From the NCBI GenBank assembly GCA_949286215.1, contig CASDYX010000003.1, positions 46,537 through 110,536 of the forward strand: 64,000 nucleotides of DNA, given 5' to 3'. Source of the stretch: an uncultured Pseudomonadota bacterium (GTDB taxonomy: Bacteria; Pseudomonadota; Alphaproteobacteria; RF32; CAG-239). The notes under the pieces are model-generated. The model was not told the DNA's origin, did no database searches, and saw only the letters and a program-made list of their open reading frames with translations. The position numbers and the translations under genes are program-made. This document shows positions 57,044 through 64,000 of the stretch, one piece after another (the first letter of the stretch is position 1; each line of letters begins with the position of its first letter).

Positions 57044-58663
57044 ATGATTACAACTGTTTCCACAACCCCTTACACCGACCAAAAGATGGGCACGGCAGGT
57101 TTGAGAAAAAAGTCTAAAATCGCCATGCAACCCAACTATGTTGAAAACTTCATGCAAAGCATATTCAACGCAATCGGACGCTTAGATGACAAAACCTTTT
57201 TAGTTGGCGGAGACGGACGTTTTTATAACGACATTGCCATTCAAAAAATCATCAAGATGGCCGCAGCCAATGGCGTCAAAAAATTGGTTATCGGTCAAAA
57301 CGGCTTTGTTTCAACACCGGCTGGCTCCAACATCATCTTAAAAAACAAACTCGATGGTGGGTTTGTACTGTCAGCCTCCCACAATCCCGGCGGCGAGAAC
57401 GGTGATTTCGGAATTAAATATTCCAACCAAACCGGCGGACAAGTTCCGGCCTCCGTTACCGATAAAATTTATGCCAACACTTTATCGATTCGTGAATATA
57501 AAATCTATGATGCACCCGATATTGATTTATCACACCTTGGCACCCAACACTTAGGTACTATGGAAATTGAAGTTATCGACCCTGTGGTTGACTATGTTGA
57601 AATGGTAGAACATATTTTTGACTTTAACGCCATCAAAGCCTTGTTTGCTAAAGGTTTTACCATGCGTTTTGATGCCATGAATGCCGTTACCGGTCCTTAT
57701 GCCATCCGCATTTTTGAAGAGATTTTAGGCGCCCCTAAAGGCAGTGTTGTTCATGCCAAACCATTGCCTGATTTTGGCGGTCTGCATCCGGACCCGAACT
57801 TGGTTTATGCCAAAGAATTGGTTGATTTAATGTTCTCCGATTCTGCACCTGATTTCGGCGGAGCCAACGACGGTGACGGCGACCGCAATATGATTTTAGG
57901 TAAAAAGTTTTTCGTTACACCATCAGACAGCTTAGCTATTTTAACCGATAATTATCAATACATTCCGGCCTATAAAAACGGCATATTCGGCGTTGCCAAA
58001 TCAGCCGCCACCTCAACTGCCGTCGGCCGCGTAGCTAAAGCACACAATATTGGCTACTACGAAGTTCCGACCGGATGGAAATATTTTGTAAATCTGATGG
58101 ATTCGCAACGCATTACTTTCTGCGGAGAAGAAAGCTTTGGTACCGGCTCGGCACATATTCGTGAAAAAGACGGCATCTGGGCCATTTTATTCTGGCTCAA
58201 CATCATTGCCGCCACCGGCAAATCGGTTGAACAAATCACCCGTGAACATTGGCAAAAATATGGCCGCAGCTATTATATGCGTTTTGACTTTGAGGGCTTG
58301 GATACTGCCGTTGCCGATAAATTAATGAGCGACTTGGAAGCTAAACTTCCTTCTCTTAATAATCAAGAATTTAACGGCTACAAAGTCTCCGAAGCCGCTC
58401 CATTTGTTTATAATGATCCGGTTGACAATTCGAGCACCAAGAACGGCTTAATTGTTAAATTTGCCGATGGTTCACGCATTGTTTACCGTTTATCGGGAAC
58501 AGGCTCAAGCGGCGCAACTTTACGCGTTTATTTAGAGAAATACGAGCAAAACAAATTAGCTGAAGAACCACTAGATATGCTCAAACCGATTTTAGCAATT
58601 GCGATGGAAATTGCAGAAATCACACCACGCACAGGGAAACAACACGCAGATGTCATTACCTAG
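57044..58663 (+). CDS. pgm: phosphoglucomutase (alpha-D-glucose phosphate-specific)
   Basis: Active-site phosphoserine loop SASHNPGG, Mg loop DGDGDRN, sugar-binding GEESFG; 539 aa. Confidence 0.9.
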   Translation: MITTVSTTPYTDQKMGTAGLRKKSKIAMQPNYVENFMQSIFNAIGRLDDKTFLVGGDGRFYNDIAIQKIIKMAAANGVKKLVIGQNGFVSTPAGSNIILKNKLDGGFVLSASHNPGGENGDFGIKYSNQTGGQVPASVTDKIYANTLSIREYKIYDAPDIDLSHLGTQHLGTMEIEVIDPVVDYVEMVEHIFDFNAIKALFAKGFTMRFDAMNAVTGPYAIRIFEEILGAPKGSVVHAKPLPDFGGLHPDPNLVYAKELVDLMFSDSAPDFGGANDGDGDRNMILGKKFFVTPSDSLAILTDNYQYIPAYKNGIFGVAKSAATSTAVGRVAKAHNIGYYEVPTGWKYFVNLMDSQRITFCGEESFGTGSAHIREKDGIWAILFWLNIIAATGKSVEQITREHWQKYGRSYYMRFDFEGLDTAVADKLMSDLEAKLPSLNNQEFNGYKVSEAAPFVYNDPVDNSSTKNGLIVKFADGSRIVYRLSGTGSSGATLRVYLEKYEQNKLAEEPLDMLKPILAIAMEIAEITPRTGKQHADVIT

Positions 58664-59762
58664 CACTTTTAAAGCAATAGTTTTTAGCAGCGCGCTGATG
58701 GCCTCATCTAGCGCGTATGCTGGGTTATACGGTTTTGACAATATCCACCCCTACACCAAAGAAGAACAACTCTTAAATATGGTGGTCGCCCCCAAAAACA
58801 TCATCAACTATCGCAATTTGTTAAGAGAAAACATCACCGGTCTGGCTCATTACGCCAAGGCCAATAAACCCGACTTTCAAATTATGGTGCACGAGGGGCA
58901 AGACTTACTCACCAAAAGTCTTTGGGAATATCATTTGGAAGGCTACCTCAAGGCCCGTAACGAAGGTCAAGATGTAGAAGACCCTTCATTTTTGCTCAAC
59001 CTTAAACAAACCTCGCCAGAGTTTGAACCGGTTGTCGGCTCCGCTTCGGCGGAATATTTAAAAAGTATTGATGCCATTGTCGTCAACAACTACTTTTGCT
59101 CCAATCGTGCCGTTTCTCCGATAATCCGTCAAGAGCACCTCAAGCTCTTTTCAATCGATGAATGCACAGATAAAAAATCGTTTGCTAAAGCCATTTCTTC
59201 CGCTCTCAAAGAAGGAACACCACTTTATGCCTTCATCAATTCCGACACGGCATTTAAGAAAATAGTAGCTCAACCGATAATCAAAGAAAATGCCAAAAAT
59301 ATTTTTGACCTTAAATCGGCACAAAACATTGCCTTTTTGCTAAAAGATGATTTGTATGCCGACAAACAAGACTTTATTGACGCCGTCCGCGCCTCCAACT
59401 ATGATGTCGTTGTGATTGAGCCCTATTTCAGAAACAAAACACCTTTCACACCTGATGAAATCAACGCTATGAAATATAAAAAGAACGGTACCAGACGCCA
59501 ACTTCTGGCACGCTTTAGCGTTACCGAGGCCAAAGACAATGCTTTTTATTGGCAACCTGGATGGAAAATCGGTTCTCCCGAATGGTTGGTTCGCCCATCT
59601 TTGTCAGATGAACACGGCATTATCACCCGTTATTGGAACCCTGATTGGAAAAACTATATGTCACGTTACTTTAGAGGTTTAATCCAATCAGACTATGACG
59701 GAGCCTTTTTAACCGGACTTGAAAACCACCGCTATTTTGAAAAACTGACGCCGTTGGAATAG
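58650..59762 (+). CDS. exported GH114/TM1410-like putative glycoside hydrolase
   Basis: Signal peptide MSLPSTFKAIVFSSALMASSSAYA. Blocks DVVVIEPYF...LLARFSVTEAKDNAFYWQPGW...WNPDWKNYM...YDGAFLTGLE follow the GH114 TIM-barrel family pattern. The ORF track start (58599) is probably upstream of the true start. Confidence 0.45.
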   Translation: MSLPSTFKAIVFSSALMASSSAYAGLYGFDNIHPYTKEEQLLNMVVAPKNIINYRNLLRENITGLAHYAKANKPDFQIMVHEGQDLLTKSLWEYHLEGYLKARNEGQDVEDPSFLLNLKQTSPEFEPVVGSASAEYLKSIDAIVVNNYFCSNRAVSPIIRQEHLKLFSIDECTDKKSFAKAISSALKEGTPLYAFINSDTAFKKIVAQPIIKENAKNIFDLKSAQNIAFLLKDDLYADKQDFIDAVRASNYDVVVIEPYFRNKTPFTPDEINAMKYKKNGTRRQLLARFSVTEAKDNAFYWQPGWKIGSPEWLVRPSLSDEHGIITRYWNPDWKNYMSRYFRGLIQSDYDGAFLTGLENHRYFEKLTPLE

Positions 59763-59772
59763 GATACCGCCC

Positions 59773-60045
59773 ATGAATGAAGTAGAAGTTTTAGAAATTT
59801 CCCGCACAGCAATTTTCACCTTATTGAAAATTGTCACGCCGGTATTATTGGTTGCGCTCTTCATTGGTTTGATTATTGGTATTTTTCAAGCCTTGACCCA
59901 AATTCAAGAAATGACATTAGCCTTTGTTCCTAAAATCTTAGGCGTATTTGTCGCCATAATTTTGTTGTTTCCGTTTATGTTAGGTCAAATGCAAATGTTA
60001 TCAGACGGCTTATTTGATAAAATCATCACCGGCGGCGGGTTATGA
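59773..60045 (+). CDS. fliQ: flagellar export apparatus protein FliQ
   Basis: 90-aa two-TM protein with the typical FliQ sequence, directly upstream of fliR. Confidence 0.85.
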   Translation: MNEVEVLEISRTAIFTLLKIVTPVLLVALFIGLIIGIFQALTQIQEMTLAFVPKILGVFVAIILLFPFMLGQMQMLSDGLFDKIITGGGL

Positions 60046-60797
60046 CAGAGCTCTTAAACCAAGAAATATACAAATTTATTTTAGTCTTTTTGCGTATTGG
60101 TTCGGCATTAATGTTAATGCCGGGCTTTTCGGCATCTTATATAAATGTCCGCCAACGTCTTTCAATTGCTCTGGCCATTTCTTTGGTTTTGGTTCCGTTT
60201 TTAAGTGATAAATTACCGCCTCAGCCAAATGATACCTTAGAATGCATACAAATGTATTTGTTTGAAATCATCTATGGCATTTTCTTTGGCGTCATAATGC
60301 AAATTCTGTTTTCCTCTCTTAACTTATGTGGTAACTTTATCGGACAAGCAATCGGTTTTTCCAATGCCCAAATTTTTGACCCTGCCTTTCAAACCCAAAG
60401 TATCGTAATTGAAACTTTTCTGACGATTCTGGCGTTAACGGTTGTGTTTGTCACCGACCTTCACCACCTTATGCTCAGTGCGGTTATCGATAGTTATACG
60501 CTTTTTCCGGTAGGCTCTCCCTTACCGGTAGCAGATTTTTCAAATTTTGCCAGCCAAAGCCTCAACGAGAGTTTTATCATGGGCTTTAAGATTGGCTCCC
60601 CGTTTATAGCCTTTTCGATTGTGTTTTATGTTGGTATGGGATTGGTCTCACGCCTCATGCCGCAATTAAACATCTTTTTTCTCTCCCTGCCTTTGCAAAT
60701 CTACTTAGGCGTAGGCTTGTTGCTCATAACCACTCCGATGATGATTCTCTGGTTCATAAGATATTATGAAGAGGGTCTGAAGCGTTTTTTGGAATAG
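60042..60797 (+). CDS. fliR: flagellar export apparatus protein FliR
   Basis: 251 aa polytopic protein. Translationally coupled in the fliQ-fliR-flhB order. Confidence 0.85.
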   Translation: MTELLNQEIYKFILVFLRIGSALMLMPGFSASYINVRQRLSIALAISLVLVPFLSDKLPPQPNDTLECIQMYLFEIIYGIFFGVIMQILFSSLNLCGNFIGQAIGFSNAQIFDPAFQTQSIVIETFLTILALTVVFVTDLHHLMLSAVIDSYTLFPVGSPLPVADFSNFASQSLNESFIMGFKIGSPFIAFSIVFYVGMGLVSRLMPQLNIFFLSLPLQIYLGVGLLLITTPMMILWFIRYYEEGLKRFLE

Positions 60798-60809
60798 AAA
60801 GGAAGAAGC

Positions 60810-61883
60810 ATGGTCCCTGAAGACGATGACGACGCCTCGAAAACCGAAGAACCGTCGGAACGAAAGATATCTAAAGCCAAAGAAGAAGGTGATGTTGCGC
60901 TCTCGCAAGATGCCAAAAGTTTTATTATGTTGCTGGGTATGCTTTTTGTGGTCTGGCTTTTGTTACCGCTGTTGATGAAGTGGTTTTACATCATGTCGGT
61001 CAAATTCATTGAAACTCCGGAAACCATCCCCACCGACCCCAAACACTTACAACTGCTCTTATTTAATGTTGTCTTAGGCATTTTCAAAATCTTAGGGATT
61101 CCTTTTGCAATTTTTATGGTTTTAGGACTTTTTGCCAGCATTGCCCAAACTGGTTTTGTCTTTGCCCCCAAGAAACTGGAGCCTGATTGGAACAAATTAA
61201 ATATCTTTGCCGCCCTTCCGAAATTTATCAACATGAAAAAAATTGTTGAGAGCTTAAAAGGCATTATCAAAATAACCGTGATAGCTTTTGTTTCGATTCT
61301 CGTCATCCGCCCCTATCTTGAAAATGTCAACCTTATGCCCACCATGGAAACGATGGCGATTTTAGCTTATATCCACAAGGTTGTTGTTTTACTTATTTTC
61401 ACGGTTGTAATAGCCACACTCATCATTGCCGTTGCAGACTTTGCCTACCAAAAATACAGCCACTTCAAAAAATTGCGCATGACCAAACAAGAAGTCAAAG
61501 ACGAATACAAACAAACCGAAGGAGACCCTTTGGTCAAATCCCGTATTCGCCAAGTTCGCATGGAAAGAGCACGCCACCGCATGATGGATGCGGTTCCTCG
61601 AGCCGATGTAATAATTGTCAACCCGACGCATTATGCGGTTGCACTTGAATATAAAATGGATAAAATGGATGCGCCGATAGTTGTTGCCAAGGGTTTAGAC
61701 AACATCGCGCTTAAGATTCGCGAGATAGCCGAAGAACACGATATTCCGATAGTGGAAAATCCGCCGCTTGCAAGAGCGTTGTTCGCCTCTGTTGAAATCG
61801 ACCAAATGATACCCTCAGAACACTTTAAAGCCGTAGCCGAGGTAATAGGATATGTTATGCAGCTTAAAAACCCCCAGACCTGA
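60810..61883 (+). CDS. flhB: flagellar export apparatus protein FlhB
   Basis: Four TM helices and the autocleavage NPTH motif (VNPTHYAVAL); 357 aa. Confidence 0.9.
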   Translation: MVPEDDDDASKTEEPSERKISKAKEEGDVALSQDAKSFIMLLGMLFVVWLLLPLLMKWFYIMSVKFIETPETIPTDPKHLQLLLFNVVLGIFKILGIPFAIFMVLGLFASIAQTGFVFAPKKLEPDWNKLNIFAALPKFINMKKIVESLKGIIKITVIAFVSILVIRPYLENVNLMPTMETMAILAYIHKVVVLLIFTVVIATLIIAVADFAYQKYSHFKKLRMTKQEVKDEYKQTEGDPLVKSRIRQVRMERARHRMMDAVPRADVIIVNPTHYAVALEYKMDKMDAPIVVAKGLDNIALKIREIAEEHDIPIVENPPLARALFASVEIDQMIPSEHFKAVAEVIGYVMQLKNPQT

Positions 61884-64000
61884 TAAATTACTGCAAAATC
61901 GCCTGATACTACTGGCTTATGCTCTAATACTACTGACCATTTCCTTAGTCTTATTTCTGATGTATCCGGAATATAGACTTCTTTTGGTATTTGCCTTTAT
62001 TCTCACGACGGTATGCTGTTTATCCCTCACAATCAAAACCATCAATGCCGCGGAAGAAGCCATCACTTATGGCGGTTTTGCCAACGAAATCATCAAAAAC
62101 AAATATGAGATTATCCGCATTGATAATCCCTCAGGCGAGCCGGTTATTCAAAACGACCTTGCACAAGAAATGTTCCATAACAACAATTTGCTCAACTATT
62201 TGGAACAACACCTATCCAACCAATCAGGAAATTCCGCAGCATTTTTCCGCCTCAAAACGGCATATAACAATTTGGTTTCAGAAAAAGTCACTTTATCCTT
62301 ATTGCCGACACAAGACGATTCGAAAATTTTCACACCCGAGGAATGGTACACAATCAGCATCAAACCGATATACTTGAAAAAAACCGATATTTTTGAAGGC
62401 AAATTTTCCGTAAAGGCCATTAAGAAATATACCTACATTTATTGGAAATTAGAAAACATTACCGCCTCTAAAAACATGGAACAAGTCTTCCAAGAAGAAC
62501 GTAAATCTCTGCACGATTTTTTAGATTATCTTCCGGTTGGTGTTTATACTTGTAATGAAGATTACCGCATAGAATATTGCAACCATGCTCTGGCACAAGC
62601 TCTGGGCTATAACCGCGAAGAAATCATTGGCGAAAACTTATGGCGTTTTTTAAGTCCGCATTGCGAATTGCCAGAAAAACATTCACTCTGGAAAGGAACG
62701 CTTTACCTCATAGATGCCGCTAACGACACCCAAGAATATTACGTTGCTCAAGAGAGTTTTCGTGAGGATAAAGAAATTAAATTCCGTGGCGTAATGATTA
62801 ATGATTTACCAAACGACACCGAACTCAAACAAAACTTAGAACACTCTCTAGATGAAATCAGCTGGTTGTTTAACGATGCCCCTGTCGGCATTGCTTTTAT
62901 TAACACCGACGGCACCATAGAAGATTGCAATGCCGCAGTTGAAAAATTCTTAGACCGCTCTAAAGAGCAAATTCTTCATAAAAAGATATTTGATTATATC
63001 CGCCAAGAAGATTGTGAACTTCTGCAAAAAGAAATCCACGCCATAAACGGCACCAGCCAACTCTCGAAAGCCATAGATATTCATATTACGCTGGATAAGA
63101 ATGAAAAGATTGCCTCTCTTTACTTAAGCCCGATGCAAAAACTCCACACGGCACACCCCGAACACATCGATGGTTTAGTTGTTTATGTCATCGATGCTAC
63201 CCAACAAAAAAGTTTGGAGATGCAATTTGCCCAAGCTCAAAAAATGCAAGCCATGGGACAGATGGCCGGAGGTGTTGCTCATGACTTCAATAACTTACTA
63301 ACCGCCATGATTGGCTTTTGTGACTTATTGTTGCAACGCCACGGTGTCGGTGACCCCTCCTTTACGGACTTAATACAAATCAAGCAAAACGCCAACCGCG
63401 CCGCAGGGCTTGTAAGACAATTACTTGCATTTTCGAGAAAACAACCCCTCAAACCCAAACTCATTGACGTAACGGAAAACTTTGTAGAATTAAGCCATAT
63501 GCTCAAACGTATCTTAGGCGAGCAAATTGTTCTGCATTTTTACCATGGTAACGATTTAGGCTTTATTCGGGTTGATCCGGTTCAATTTTCACAAGTAATT
63601 ATTAACTTAGCCGTTAATGCAAAAGACGCCATGAACGGCAACGGAACTTTGAGTATTACCACACGTGTCGAAACCCTAACCACCCCCTACCAATTTGGAG
63701 CAGATACGATTAAGCCGGGCGAATTTGTTGTAATTGATGTCACCGATACCGGTTGCGGCATTCCCAAAGAAAACCTCAACCGCATATTCGAACCGTTTTT
63801 CTCCACCAAACAAAACGTTGTTGGTTCCGGTACGGGTTTAGGCTTGGCAACAGTTTATGGTATTGTCCGCCAAACCGAAGGTTTCATCAAAGTGAGCAGT
63901 ATTGTAGGCCAAGGCACCACATTTTCAATTCATCTGCCACGATTTGAAACCAACACCGATGAAGAAGAACAAAATCAAATAGAAGCCAAAGAACGCATCA
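61852..64000 (+). CDS. membrane-anchored PAS-domain sensor histidine kinase (3' partial; runs off the window)
   Basis: Frame 1 is open from 61852 to the window end and is absent from the ORF track because it has no stop. Two N-terminal TM helices, PAS-like repeats, HisKA H-box GGVAHDFNNLLTAMIG, N-box LAVNAKDAM, G-boxes DTGCGIP and GSGTGLGLA. A start at the ATG at 61852 (overlapping flhB) or 61960 is unresolved. Confidence 0.75.
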   Translation, partial: MLCSLKTPRPDKLLQNRLILLAYALILLTISLVLFLMYPEYRLLLVFAFILTTVCCLSLTIKTINAAEEAITYGGFANEIIKNKYEIIRIDNPSGEPVIQNDLAQEMFHNNNLLNYLEQHLSNQSGNSAAFFRLKTAYNNLVSEKVTLSLLPTQDDSKIFTPEEWYTISIKPIYLKKTDIFEGKFSVKAIKKYTYIYWKLENITASKNMEQVFQEERKSLHDFLDYLPVGVYTCNEDYRIEYCNHALAQALGYNREEIIGENLWRFLSPHCELPEKHSLWKGTLYLIDAANDTQEYYVAQESFREDKEIKFRGVMINDLPNDTELKQNLEHSLDEISWLFNDAPVGIAFINTDGTIEDCNAAVEKFLDRSKEQILHKKIFDYIRQEDCELLQKEIHAINGTSQLSKAIDIHITLDKNEKIASLYLSPMQKLHTAHPEHIDGLVVYVIDATQQKSLEMQFAQAQKMQAMGQMAGGVAHDFNNLLTAMIGFCDLLLQRHGVGDPSFTDLIQIKQNANRAAGLVRQLLAFSRKQPLKPKLIDVTENFVELSHMLKRILGEQIVLHFYHGNDLGFIRVDPVQFSQVIINLAVNAKDAMNGNGTLSITTRVETLTTPYQFGADTIKPGEFVVIDVTDTGCGIPKENLNRIFEPFFSTKQNVVGSGTGLGLATVYGIVRQTEGFIKVSSIVGQGTTFSIHLPRFETNTDEEEQNQIEAKERI

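Noticed and set aside
61991-62377. 128-aa ORF from the six-frame track
   Set aside because: It is out of frame with the continuous 700+ codon frame-1 ORF, which carries PAS/HisKA/HATPase motifs. The listed ORF is an alternative-frame artefact.
1-64000. CRISPR arrays, IS elements and transposases
   Set aside because: No regularly spaced short repeats and no transposase-like ORFs were seen on either strand.

Overview
This is an AT-rich (about 38-42% GC) alphaproteobacterial chromosome segment, and gene content suggests a host-associated (possibly intracellular) lifestyle. Diagnostic alphaproteobacterial genes are GcrA, MipZ and an rluD-rpoH pair; flagellar class II genes carry TTAA-N7-TTAA CtrA-type boxes. 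Conserved core blocks are: lolD-lolE and flaF-flgH-flgA-flgG-flgF (minus strand, 3.8-9.9 kb); era-rnc-lepB-acpS and rpoZ-spoT (11.5-17.3 kb); gcrA and motA-motB (20.3-22.4 kb); a 1189-aa pyruvate:ferredoxin oxidoreductase (24.5-28.0 kb); two aminopeptidases (32-34.5 kb); tsaC/sua5 and a methyltransferase (38.2-39.9 kb); rluD-rpoH (43.7-45.7 kb); and a DD-carboxypeptidase-SPOR gene, mipZ, pgm, fliQ-fliR-flhB and a PAS sensor kinase that runs off the window (54.4-64.0 kb). Two tRNAs, Gly(CCC) and His(GUG), lie on the minus strand. Accessory content is rich: a signal-peptide Cys-rich protein with a DUF1566/lectin-like C-terminus, split by a single in-frame TAA; a secreted EF-hand protein; a pseudokinase-like eukaryotic-type kinase fold protein; a degenerate GGDEF protein; a 1032-aa helical-repeat protein followed directly by a SUKH/SMI1-KNR4 immunity-like gene; and a GC-elevated DHH-like gene next to paralogous 85-bp intergenic repeats. 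The most unusual feature is a tightly packed eight-gene plus-strand cluster (45.7-53.8 kb) ending in a terminator hairpin. It is built around an orphan VirD4/TraG-type type IV coupling protein. It is preceded by two tandem paralogs of that protein's N-terminal membrane domain, one fused to a NERD-like nuclease-related domain. It is followed by an HNH-nuclease/SUKH toxin-immunity-like pair. The cluster sits 350 bp from tRNA-His, which carries a 108-bp att-like direct repeat containing the tRNA 3' end. No other T4SS, relaxase or integrase genes are in the window.
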